Below, in pieces: positions 8,124 through 16,721 of a stretch of 22,809 nt of DNA. The notes under the pieces are model-generated. The model was not told the DNA's origin and did not search any database. It saw only the letters and a program-made list of their open reading frames with translations. Positions within the stretch are counted from its first letter, which is position 1, and each line of letters starts with the position of its first letter. The position numbers were made by a program, and so were the translations under genes. This DNA comes from Thermoplasmatales archaeon SW_10_69_26 (lineage in GTDB: Archaea; Thermoplasmatota; SW-10-69-26): contig PXUB01000008.1 in the NCBI GenBank assembly GCA_003009755.1, positions 1-22,809 on the forward strand. The letters are read 5' to 3'.

Positions 8124-9586
8124 AGGGCCGCAGCGTCACCACGGTTGCTGTTCGACTCGTAGAACGACAGGCCCTCGACCTCGTCCTCGTGGGGGCCCTC
8201 GTAGTCGAGGACGTACAGCCCGTTGCGGATGTCGACCACGTACACGAGCCCATCCTGGACGACGGGGTAGCTCCACATGCCGACCTTGACCGGACCCTGC
8301 GTGAGGGCCGGGTCCTCGACGGCGACCGCGGGCAGCGGCTCGGGTCGGAACTGGGCCACCTGCTCGGGCGCGCCCGGGTCCGAGATGTCCGCGACCACGA
8401 CGCCGCCAGCGTACCACGTGTGCAGCGCGAGGTTGGGGGTCACGGTCGGGTTGTGCGAGCTGTAGCTGGTCGTGTTCGAGGCGACCTGACCTTCGGGGGT
8501 CCGGCAGAAGCTGTCCGTGTTCTCCTCGATCTTGAACTCCGAGCGGACCTGCGGGTGCGCGGGGTCCGTCAGGTCGATGGCGCGCGCCCACGACCACGGG
8601 CACCCGGTGATCACGTCGCTGAAGCCGACCACCGGCGTGTTGCCGAGCCCGGCGTACCAGCCGTAGGTCTCGTCGGTCGTCCACACGTAGGGCCGGTCGG
8701 GCACCTTGACGGCGCTGTGGGCACCCGGGGAGCCCCAGCGCGCGCTGTCCTCGGGCGAGGTCACCAGTTGCATCTGGGGCTCGTCGGCGTCGGCCGCGAG
8801 GGCGCTCGTGTCGAGGACAGCCATGCCGCCCTCCGAGTGGGCGAGGTAGGCCCGCGTGCCGTCGGGGTGCACCGACAGCGAGTGCAGCGATCCCGGCAGG
8901 CCCCCATCCCAACTGGGGCCCTCCTCGACCGTGAGGCCGTCCGCCGTCGGCGACAGCTCGGCGACGAGGAGCTCGCCGTGGTCGCCGTGGGGTGTGGACT
9001 GGAACAGCAAGGCCCGTTGCGAGGGTCGGCTGGGGTCGATCCACAGGTGGAACTCGTGCGGCGTGTCGCGGGGATCGTAGGTGGCCAGGTGCTCGGGGTC
9101 CTCGGCGTGGGCGCCCGAGACGTCGTAGAGCTCGTACTCGGCGTCCGGCTGGGCGTCCTCGGCGTTGTAGCAGGCGTGGGCGGCCGGATCGCAGGGGATG
9201 TCGAGCACGATCAGCACGCCGGCGTCGGGCCACAGCCGGAGCTCGCGGCTGGACTCGCCGGGTTGGGCGTGATGGGGCTCGGCGATGCGGTCCACGACCT
9301 CCGGCTGGCTCGGGTCGCTCACGTCGACGACGAGCACGCCGGCCTGGGCGTGGGTGCCGTCGGCGCGGTACCCGACGTAAGCGTGGTCCTCGCCCACCGC
9401 CAAGGCCGAGTTCATCCCCCGACGGTCGAGCGGGCTGTGACCCACGACGTCCACCTGGTCGGTCGTCCGCTGGCCCCAGGGGCTCAGCGGCAGCTGTCCA
9501 GCGGCGGGCACGACCAGGGAGACCGCTGCGAGCACAGCCACGGCCGCGGCCAGCAGCGATCCCCGTTCTCCCCAGCGTCCATCCAC
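8108..9586 (-). CDS. Secreted LVIVD-repeat (beta-propeller) protein
   Basis: Start placed at GTG 9586 (signal peptide SLLAAAVAVLAAVSLVVPAAG). Repeats GVLVVDVSDPSQP, GMAVLDTS, AIDLTDPAHP, GVVVADISDPGAP, VYVVDIRNGLYVL. Confidence 0.85.
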   Translation of the reverse strand: MDGRWGERGSLLAAAVAVLAAVSLVVPAAGQLPLSPWGQRTTDQVDVVGHSPLDRRGMNSALAVGEDHAYVGYRADGTHAQAGVLVVDVSDPSQPEVVDRIAEPHHAQPGESSRELRLWPDAGVLIVLDIPCDPAAHACYNAEDAQPDAEYELYDVSGAHAEDPEHLATYDPRDTPHEFHLWIDPSRPSQRALLFQSTPHGDHGELLVAELSPTADGLTVEEGPSWDGGLPGSLHSLSVHPDGTRAYLAHSEGGMAVLDTSALAADADEPQMQLVTSPEDSARWGSPGAHSAVKVPDRPYVWTTDETYGWYAGLGNTPVVGFSDVITGCPWSWARAIDLTDPAHPQVRSEFKIEENTDSFCRTPEGQVASNTTSYSSHNPTVTPNLALHTWYAGGVVVADISDPGAPEQVAQFRPEPLPAVAVEDPALTQGPVKVGMWSYPVVQDGLVYVVDIRNGLYVLDYEGPHEDEVEGLSFYESNSNRGDAAALYGSS

Positions 9587-9700
9587 GGTTCCACTCCCAG
9601 CCCCCCATGCGTGACCGTGACAAAGACGTTGCGGGTGCCGGGATCGGGAGGCCGGCCAGCCCCCACGGGTCACCGATCGTCGGGCGGCGGAGGCCAGCCG

Positions 9701-9870
9701 CGCGCTGTAAGGATAAGAAATGGGGGGGACCACCAAGTACGCGAAGGGACGCCAGGGCACAAGGGGGAGCAGCTGCCGTGACAGAGCCGCCCGGCGGCGA
9801 GTCACTAGGCCCTTCGTGGCCTTGGCGATCCTTCGTGTCCTTCGCGGCCCCTGCTTAACGAGACAGCCCG
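9701..9870. mobile_element. MITE copy 1 (170 bp), complete
   Basis: Ends CGCGCTGTAAGGATAAG ... CTTAACGAGACAGCCCG form an imperfect TIR. Perfect 9-bp flanking direct repeat GGCCAGCCG at 9692-9700 and 9871-9879. Homologous to copies 2 and 3. Confidence 0.88.
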
Positions 9871-9919
9871 GGCCAGCCGGGCCCGCCCTTTCAAATAAGG
9901 AGGGGGCGTATGGCCGGGC

Positions 9920-11860
9920 GTGCGCCGCATCCTGGTCCCCGACGCCAGCGTCCTCGTGTCCGGTCGCTTGACCCACCTCATCGAGGAGGGCGACGTCGAG
10001 GAGGCGGATATCGTCGTGCCCGAGGCCGTGCTCGCCCAGCTCGAGCACCGTGCCGTCGAGGGCCGCGAGTCCGGCGTCACCGGCATCGACGAGGTCTCCA
10101 CGCTGCAGGACCTGGCCCGCGACGACCGGGAGATCGACGTCCACTTCACCGGCGAGCGTCCCCACCCCCGCGATCTCGAGCAGGAGAACGAGACCGAGAT
10201 CCGCGGCCGGATCCGCGAGGCCGCCAGCCAGGAGGGCGGTCAGCTGGTCACCAGCGACCGCGTGCAGGCCCACGTCTCCCGAGCCCGCGGCCTCAACGTC
10301 TGGTACCTGCATCCGTGGGCCGAGGAGGACGAGCCGGAGACCGAGGAGCTCGAGCTGTTCCGCTTCTTCGACGACGACGTGATGAGCGTCCACCTCAAGG
10401 CCGGCACCGCGCCCGTCGTCAAGCGCGGCACACCGGGCAGCATGCGGCTCGAGAAGCTGGCCGGGGGCCCGCTCGAGCACGCCGAACTGTCCCCGATCGC
10501 TCGCGAGATCATCGAGGGGGCCCGCCGCGATCCCGACGCCTTCGTCGAAATCGAACGCCCCGGCGCGACCGTGTGCCAGCTGGGCGCCACGCGCGTCACG
10601 ATCGGTCGCCCGCCCTTCTCCGAGGGCCTGGAGATCACGGCCACGCGCCCGGTCGCCAAGCTGGGCCTGGAAGCCTACGATCTGTCGGGCGAGATCCTCG
10701 AGCGCACGATCGACGGCTCGCGCGGCATCTTCATCTCCGGCAGCCCCGGGTCGGGCAAGTCCACGTTCGCCCAGGCGTTGGCCGACGAGCTGCACGGCCA
10801 GGACACCGTCGTCAAGACGATGGAGGCGCCTCGGGACCTGCAGGTCGACGAGGACATCACCCAGTACGCGCCGCTGGAGGGCTCGATGGAGCTCACCAGC
10901 GACGTCCTGTTGCTCGTGCGGCCCGACTACGTGATCTACGACGAGGTCCGCAAGACCGAGGACTTCTCGATCTTCGCCGACATGCGGCTGGCCGGCGTCG
11001 GCCTCGTCGGCGTCACGCACGCCAACCGCGCCATCGACGCCGTCCAACGCCTGCTGGGCCGCGTCGAGCTGGGCATGATCCCCCAGGTCGTCGACACCGT
11101 CATCCACATCGACCGCGGCCAGATCGACCACATCCTCGAGCTCGAGCTCACCGTCAAGGTGCCCGAGGGCATGCAGGAGGCCGACCTGGCTCGCCCGGTC
11201 GTCACCGTCAGCGACCACGGGACCGGTCGGGCGCTGCACGAGATCTACACGTACGGCGAGCAGACCGTCGTCATGCCGATCCAGGAGCCCGGCCAAGGCC
11301 CCGGCGGGCAGGATTCCCGCCGCGACGAGCTCGCCGAGAGCCAGCTGGCCTACAAGCTGCGCCGCCACATCGACGGCAACTTCGAGGTCGACGTCACCGG
11401 GTCCAACAGCGCAACCGTGTACGTCTCGCAGTCCCAGATCGCCAGCGTGATCGGCTCCGGCGGCCGCAACGTGCAGCGCCTGGAGGACCAGCTCGGCGTC
11501 GACCTGGACATCCGCACCTTCGAGGACAAGCGCGAGGAGGAGAGATCGCGGTCCTCGGGGGCATCGACGAGCTCGACCAGCTCGGGCCCTCACGGTGGCG
11601 GCGGTGGCGGATCGACGCCGGACGCCAGCGAGCGCTACCAGCAGCTCTCGCCGGAGGTCCGCCGCACCGAGCAGAACGTCGTCCTCGTCCTCAGCCCCGA
11701 GATGGCCGGCGAGCACGGCGCCGTCTACGTCGGCGACGAGCGCCTGTTCGCGGCCACGATCGGCCGCAACGGCGAGATCCGCGTCCGCCGCGGCTCGGCC
11801 GAGGGCCAACGCCTGCAACAGGCGTTCCGCGACGGGCCACCGGTCACCGTGCGGGTGTGA
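9920..11860 (+). CDS. PIN-domain P-loop ATPase with KH domain (archaeal PINA / PINc-VapC ATPase family)
   Basis: PIN N-terminus (ILVPDASVL, VPEAVLAQLE, LVTSD), Walker A GSPGSGKST, Walker B VIYDEVR, HANRAIDAVQR..GRVELGMIPQVVDT, KH motif VIGSGGRNV. Confidence 0.92.
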   Translation: MRRILVPDASVLVSGRLTHLIEEGDVEEADIVVPEAVLAQLEHRAVEGRESGVTGIDEVSTLQDLARDDREIDVHFTGERPHPRDLEQENETEIRGRIREAASQEGGQLVTSDRVQAHVSRARGLNVWYLHPWAEEDEPETEELELFRFFDDDVMSVHLKAGTAPVVKRGTPGSMRLEKLAGGPLEHAELSPIAREIIEGARRDPDAFVEIERPGATVCQLGATRVTIGRPPFSEGLEITATRPVAKLGLEAYDLSGEILERTIDGSRGIFISGSPGSGKSTFAQALADELHGQDTVVKTMEAPRDLQVDEDITQYAPLEGSMELTSDVLLLVRPDYVIYDEVRKTEDFSIFADMRLAGVGLVGVTHANRAIDAVQRLLGRVELGMIPQVVDTVIHIDRGQIDHILELELTVKVPEGMQEADLARPVVTVSDHGTGRALHEIYTYGEQTVVMPIQEPGQGPGGQDSRRDELAESQLAYKLRRHIDGNFEVDVTGSNSATVYVSQSQIASVIGSGGRNVQRLEDQLGVDLDIRTFEDKREEERSRSSGASTSSTSSGPHGGGGGGSTPDASERYQQLSPEVRRTEQNVVLVLSPEMAGEHGAVYVGDERLFAATIGRNGEIRVRRGSAEGQRLQQAFRDGPPVTVRV

Positions 11861-11861
11861 G

Positions 11862-12018
11862 TCCGGAGAGCGGCGAAACCGCCCGCTCTCCGGAGAGGCC
11901 GAATCTCCGATTCGGCCGAATTGCGAGGGTTCCTGCCGCCAGGCGAACCCTCGCATCCTTGCCGAAGGTTTTCTTCTTCCGGGGGTCGGCAGACACCGAG
12001 GCCCCCTGAAAAAGAAAA
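11862..12018. other. Array of adjacent hairpins downstream of the PINA gene (candidate structured RNA/terminator)
   Basis: Stems at 11862-11873/11883-11894 (12 bp), 11897-11905/11909-11917 (9 bp), 11922-11932/11945-11955 (11 bp) and 11957-11968, plus an imperfect stem at ~11969-12018. Confidence 0.6.
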
Positions 12019-12261
12019 CGTTCCGTCGTTGCCCGTCGAGCGCGCCTGGGGAACGAGCGCCCGAGGCAGCGGTGGCGTGCCCGCGCGGAGGAGGAGAGGA
12101 AGGCGGCCGACGAGTCGTGGTGGGAGCCTCCCCGGCGGCCGCCAGGCACCCGGCCCCCCGCTCGGTCCTCGCAGGGGTCAGGGCCCACCGAGGGCACGGT
12201 CGGGACCACGGATAACGTCGCTCAAGGCGACGGTTCGGGGCTTGCAAGGATGTCGTCCCCG

Positions 12262-14853
12262 TCAGAGGCTATCCATGGGGTCCGATCCCCCCCCCTCCCC
12301 CCAGAAGACGAGGACCGCCCCGTCGATCCGGTCGTCGTCGTCGGTCCGGTAGGGCTTGATGCGCAACCGGTAGCGGTTCCCCTCGTCGTCGGTGAGGCTG
12401 GTCCGGTTCACCGACAGCGTGTCGAGGACCTCGCGGATCTCGGCCTGCAGGTCCACGTCGAAGGGGATGTTGAGGTCGGCCAGCGGGCGGCCGACGTCGG
12501 CCGCGATCAGGCCCAGAAGCTCGGCCGCCTGCGGCGTGAACCGCCGGATGTCGAGCTCCGCGCCCAGCATGACGATCGGGAGACCGACGCCCTCGAGCAG
12601 GTTGACGAGGTCGGCGTTCACCTGCTTGATCTCCTCGTTGCGCTGCCGCAGCTCCTCGTTGGCGCGGTTGAGCTCCTCGTTGGTGGACTGCAGCTCCTCC
12701 TTCGTCGTCTCCAGCTCCTCGTTGGTGGACTGCAGCTCCTCGTTCGTGGAGAGAGCCTCCTCGTGCGCGGACCGCAGCTCCTCGTTCGTCGCCTCGTAGT
12801 CCTCGATCACGGACTGCAGGTAGCCGCGCGTGGCCTCCAGCTCCTCCTCGAGCTCCTGCACCCGCCCGGCGTCCTCGTCGGGCCCGGGCTCGAAGAGATC
12901 CCCGAGCAGCCCGCCGACGCGGTCGAACAGCCTTCCCTCGGTCCGCTGGGGGTCCTCGAAGGCGACCATCAGGTGCCCGGCTTGCGGGTCGCCCGGCGGC
13001 ACGGGGGCGACCTGGAGGCCGACCTCGCGGCGCTCGTCGCCGCGACGGAAGCGGACGGGCGCTCCGCGGACGGGCCCACCGGTCTCGCGGATCTCGTCCA
13101 CGGCCGAACGGATCGCCACGGCCAGACCGCGGGGCGCGATCCGCATCAGGTCCAGGCTGGCCTGGCCCTCCTCGGGATCCAGGTAGTCGCTCACGTCGCC
13201 GCGGAACTCGGTGACGGTGAGGTCCTCGTCGAGGACGATCGCCGGCGGGGCGTACAGGTCCAGCGCGACCTGGTCGACCTCGCGGCTCACGTCCTCCGGT
13301 TCCACGGGTCCACGATCTCCTCCCACGTCCGTCCGGCTCCGCGAGACCGTGCCCAGGCCCGTGGGTGCCACCGGGTGGCGGGCCTGGCTGGCTCGCTTGG
13401 GGCGGTAGATGTTGTGATCGTGGTCCAAGGGCTCGAAGAGCTTCTGGAAGCGGTGGACGCTCTCCGAGGAGCCGAGGACGAGGGCGCCCTCCGCGTCGAG
13501 CGCGTAGTGCAGCGCCCGCGCGACCTCCTCCTGGTGGTCGCGGTCGAGGTAGATGAGCATGTTGCGACAGCTGACGATGTCGATCTCCGAGAAGGGGGGA
13601 TCGTTGAGCAGGTCGTGGCGGGCGAACACGCAGGCGTCGCGCAACCGCTCCCGCACGCGGTAGGCGCCATCTTCCTCCACGAAGTGGCGCTCCAGGCGCT
13701 CGTCGCCGAGGTTGTCGGCGATCGCGAGCGGGTAGCGGGCCTCGCGCGCGATCTCGATCACGCGCTCGCTCACGTCGGTCCCGAACAGCTGTATCTCGCG
13801 GTCGAGGCCGCGCTCGGCGAGGTGCTCGTCGACGACCATCGCCAGCGTGTACACCTCCTCGCCGGTCGCACAGCCCGGCACCCAGATCCGGATCGGGTCC
13901 TCGTCCGTGTCGTCGACGAGCTCGGGGAGGACCTCGTCTTCGAGGGTCTGGAAGACCTCCGGGTCGCGGAGGAACTCGGTGACGTGGATCAGGCTCTCGT
14001 CGTGCAGGCGCCAGATCTCGTCGGCGTCCTCCTCCAAGCGATCGACGTAGTTGGCGATGCCGACCGTCCGCGTGGCGACCATGCGCCGACGGATGCGGCG
14101 GACCAGCGTCGAGCGCCGGTAGCGGGAGAAGTCCACGCCGGTCCGCTCGCGCACGCGGTCGAAGATCTCGGCAAGCGCGTCGTCTGGCAACGCGTCCGCG
14201 TCCCGGCGGCTGGCCCACCGGTCCCGGACGCGCTGGAGCTCGTCCGCGATCGCGGCGGGGGCCAGCACGTGGTCGACGTAGCCAGCCTCGATCGCGCTGC
14301 GCGGCATGCTCTCGTGCTTGGCGGTCTCGGGGTCCTGCACGATCGCGATGCCGCCGCGCTGCTGGATGGCTTGCAGGCCGCTGGCGCCGTCGGCGAGGCC
14401 GCCCGACAGGACCACACCGACGGCCTGGGCCCGGTAGGTGGCCGACAGGGACCGGAAGAAGCGATCGATCGCGTAGGAGATGGCATCCTCGTCCGCGACG
14501 ACGGGTGCCAGGCGATCATCCTCGACGCCGGGGACCTGACCGGATGGGGCGACGTGGACGACGTTCTCCTCGATCGCCATCCCCTCCTCGATCTCGACGA
14601 CGTCCATCTCGGTGGCGGCCGCCAACAGGTCGGTGAGCTGGCTCTCCTCTCCCGGCTCGCCGTGCGTGACGACGACGATCGCCATGCCCGGTTCAGCCGG
14701 CAGCTCGCCGAGCAGGGGCGAGAGGGCTCCGAGCCCGCCGGCCGAGGCCCCGACACCGACCACGGGGAACCCGTCGCGATCGGCGGATCCGAGAGCTCGC
14801 GCGGCGGGCCGGTCGGCGGCGGTGTCGGTCGGTTCCTCGCGGTCGTCGTGCAT
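12262..14853 (-). CDS. cheBR: CheB methylesterase-CheR methyltransferase fusion with coiled coil and C-terminal PAS domain
   Basis: CheB: [22 protein letters not shown]. CheR: [55 protein letters not shown]. Also [10 protein letters not shown] repeats and a PAS segment (IRRFTPQA...DVGRPL). Confidence 0.93.
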   Translation of the reverse strand: MHDDREEPTDTAADRPAARALGSADRDGFPVVGVGASAGGLGALSPLLGELPAEPGMAIVVVTHGEPGEESQLTDLLAAATEMDVVEIEEGMAIEENVVHVAPSGQVPGVEDDRLAPVVADEDAISYAIDRFFRSLSATYRAQAVGVVLSGGLADGASGLQAIQQRGGIAIVQDPETAKHESMPRSAIEAGYVDHVLAPAAIADELQRVRDRWASRRDADALPDDALAEIFDRVRERTGVDFSRYRRSTLVRRIRRRMVATRTVGIANYVDRLEEDADEIWRLHDESLIHVTEFLRDPEVFQTLEDEVLPELVDDTDEDPIRIWVPGCATGEEVYTLAMVVDEHLAERGLDREIQLFGTDVSERVIEIAREARYPLAIADNLGDERLERHFVEEDGAYRVRERLRDACVFARHDLLNDPPFSEIDIVSCRNMLIYLDRDHQEEVARALHYALDAEGALVLGSSESVHRFQKLFEPLDHDHNIYRPKRASQARHPVAPTGLGTVSRSRTDVGGDRGPVEPEDVSREVDQVALDLYAPPAIVLDEDLTVTEFRGDVSDYLDPEEGQASLDLMRIAPRGLAVAIRSAVDEIRETGGPVRGAPVRFRRGDERREVGLQVAPVPPGDPQAGHLMVAFEDPQRTEGRLFDRVGGLLGDLFEPGPDEDAGRVQELEEELEATRGYLQSVIEDYEATNEELRSAHEEALSTNEELQSTNEELETTKEELQSTNEELNRANEELRQRNEEIKQVNADLVNLLEGVGLPIVMLGAELDIRRFTPQAAELLGLIAADVGRPLADLNIPFDVDLQAEIREVLDTLSVNRTSLTDDEGNRYRLRIKPYRTDDDDRIDGAVLVFWGEGGGSDPMDSL

Positions 14854-14894
14854 GGGAGCTTCGACCCAAGGCGCGCTCGTTGGAAAAGGGTTCC

Positions 14895-15593
14895 TCAGCC
14901 GCCCTCGGAGCTTGTGGTCTTCGTCGGCTTGGCGCTTTCCGCCTGTGGGAGATCCGAGCCGACCGAGAGGGCCGGACCGCGGAGCTGGTGCACCGCGTAG
15001 GCGGCGACGAGGCGTTCGATCCCCCGACGCAACAGCGTCGACAGCGACCCCGTCGACCGATCCATGTCCTCGGCCACGTCCGCCAGCTGGACCTCGCGAG
15101 GCACCGAGAAGTACCCGGCCTCGAAGGCGGCCAACACCGCCTCGCGCTCCTTGCGCGTGAGCGGGTCCTCGCTGTCAGCCTCGGGCTCGCCGTCGGGCTC
15201 GGTCACCTGCTTGAGCACCGCTTGGTCCCCCAACCCGTCGACGAACGCGGACACCTCGTCCCGGCGGCCGACGAGGGTCACGAGGGCCGATCCATCCTCG
15301 CTCACCACCACGGACGAGGAGGCGAAGTGATCGAAGATCTCGACCCACGGGGCCGGGAGCTCGTCGGTCTCGACGGCGAGGATGCGCTCGGCGGACCCGG
15401 CTTGGCGCACCGTGAAGCGCCCGTGCAGGCGGATCCAGGAGGTCAGCGCGTCTCGGTCGGCGTCCCGGCTCCAGAGGTAGAGGACCCACACCCCTCGGAC
15501 GTGGATCCCCCGCAGGTGGCACTCGACCGGAGGTTGACGGAAGCCGAGCACCTCCGCCGGGACCCTCACTTGCGCGTGCACGTCATCCGCCAT
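14895..15593 (-). CDS. HTH-10 (bacterio-opsin activator-type) transcriptional regulator
   Basis: C-terminal LTRKEREAVLAAFEAGYFSVPREVQLADVAEDMDRSTGSLSTLLRRGIERLV. Start placed at ATG 15593 because the longer ORF runs into MITE copy 2. Confidence 0.88.
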   Translation of the reverse strand: MADDVHAQVRVPAEVLGFRQPPVECHLRGIHVRGVWVLYLWSRDADRDALTSWIRLHGRFTVRQAGSAERILAVETDELPAPWVEIFDHFASSSVVVSEDGSALVTLVGRRDEVSAFVDGLGDQAVLKQVTEPDGEPEADSEDPLTRKEREAVLAAFEAGYFSVPREVQLADVAEDMDRSTGSLSTLLRRGIERLVAAYAVHQLRGPALSVGSDLPQAESAKPTKTTSSEGG

Positions 15594-15660
15594 CGCAGCG
15601 TTCCCCTTACAGCCCTCCCCATCGGCACCGCGACGGTTAGGTTTTGGCATGCCCCGGGCG

Positions 15661-15829
15661 CGGGCTGTGAGTATAAGAAACGGGGGGACCACCAAGTACG
15701 CGAAGGGACGCCAGGGGCACAAAGGAGAGCAGCTGCCGTGACAAAGCCGCCCGGCGGCGAGTCACAGGGCCTTCGTGGCCTTGGCGATCCCTCGTATCCT
15801 TCGCGGCCCCTGCTTAACGAGACAGCCCG
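15661..15829. mobile_element. MITE copy 2 (169 bp), complete
   Basis: Ends CGGGCTGTGAGTATAAG ... CTTAACGAGACAGCCCG with a perfect outer 8-bp IR. Flanks CCCCGGGCG (15652-15660) and CCCCCGGCG (15830-15838) match 8/9, consistent with a TSD. Confidence 0.85.
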
Positions 15830-15890
15830 CCCCCGGCGTTGAACCTCCTAGGACGAGGAACCATGCCCCCTTCCCGGAGTTGGTATACCT

Positions 15891-16607
15891 ATGAAAGGCA
15901 ACGGGGGGGCTGGCCGAAGCGATCGCGGCGACATCGACGAACGACTGGTCCGGCGCCTGAAGGCGATCGCCTCCCCGAGCCGATTGCAACTGCTCGCCCA
16001 GCTGAAGCAGCCGAGCCCTGTCTCGGAGATCCGGTTGGAAACCGCCGAGGACGAGGGTCGCGACGCGAAGATGACCGCGCAGGGGGTCCGCCACCACCTC
16101 GCCAAGCTCCGCAGCGCCGGGTTCGTCGAAAGCCGGTCCGTCGACAACGAGGGCCAGCGGGTGAACGAGTACCTGGCCCGGACGGACCAGCTCTACGAGC
16201 TCGCCGAGGCCATCCGGGCGATGCCGACAGCGCCTGGCGGCTCGATCGAGGACCTCGGCGCACCCCCGACGTGGGACCCGCCCGCGATGATCCCCTCGCT
16301 CACCGTCGTCCACGGCGAGGAGATCGGGCGCTCGTTCGCGCTCGCCGGCGAGCCGAGCTTCGAGCACCGCGGGTGGGTCATCGGCCAAGGCCCCAACGTC
16401 GACGTCCCCCTGGCGTGGGACGCCCTCGTGGACGATCAGGCCGGCGAGATCGAGCGCGAGGGCGGCGAGTTCCGCCTGATCGACCTGCGCTCGGCCTCCC
16501 GCCGGTTGTCCCTCAACGGCGAGGAGCTCGAGCGCGGCGCCAGCCGCCCGATCGCCGACGGCGACCTCGTCGGCGTCGGTCGCTCGCTTCTGTGCTTCCG
16601 CGAGTAG
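15891..16607 (+). CDS. ArsR-type HTH + FHA-like domain protein
   Basis: LKAIASPSRLQLLAQL...TAQGVRHHLAKLRSAGFV (ArsR wHTH). C-terminal WVIGQG...FRLIDLRS...LSLNGEEL...IADGDLVGVGRSLLCFR is FHA-like. Confidence 0.85.
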   Translation: MKGNGGAGRSDRGDIDERLVRRLKAIASPSRLQLLAQLKQPSPVSEIRLETAEDEGRDAKMTAQGVRHHLAKLRSAGFVESRSVDNEGQRVNEYLARTDQLYELAEAIRAMPTAPGGSIEDLGAPPTWDPPAMIPSLTVVHGEEIGRSFALAGEPSFEHRGWVIGQGPNVDVPLAWDALVDDQAGEIEREGGEFRLIDLRSASRRLSLNGEELERGASRPIADGDLVGVGRSLLCFRE

Positions 16608-16721
16608 CTGTCGGGATCTCCCCGCGAGCGAAGCCGTCCTCGCTGCCGCGAGGTGGGTTCATGTTCGGTCGACCCAAACCCCTCCAACGACGAGGGACCA
16701 TCCCTCGTTCGGGAGCCACCC

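Noticed and set aside
8108-12247. 1379-aa minus-strand ORF
   Set aside because: Only the last ~490 aa (LVIVD protein) are protein-like; the rest is antisense to PINA and runs through the MITE, a high-GC artefact.
12640-12790. Tandem ~21-nt repeats in cheBR
   Set aside because: They encode the normal [10 protein letters not shown] heptads of the family.
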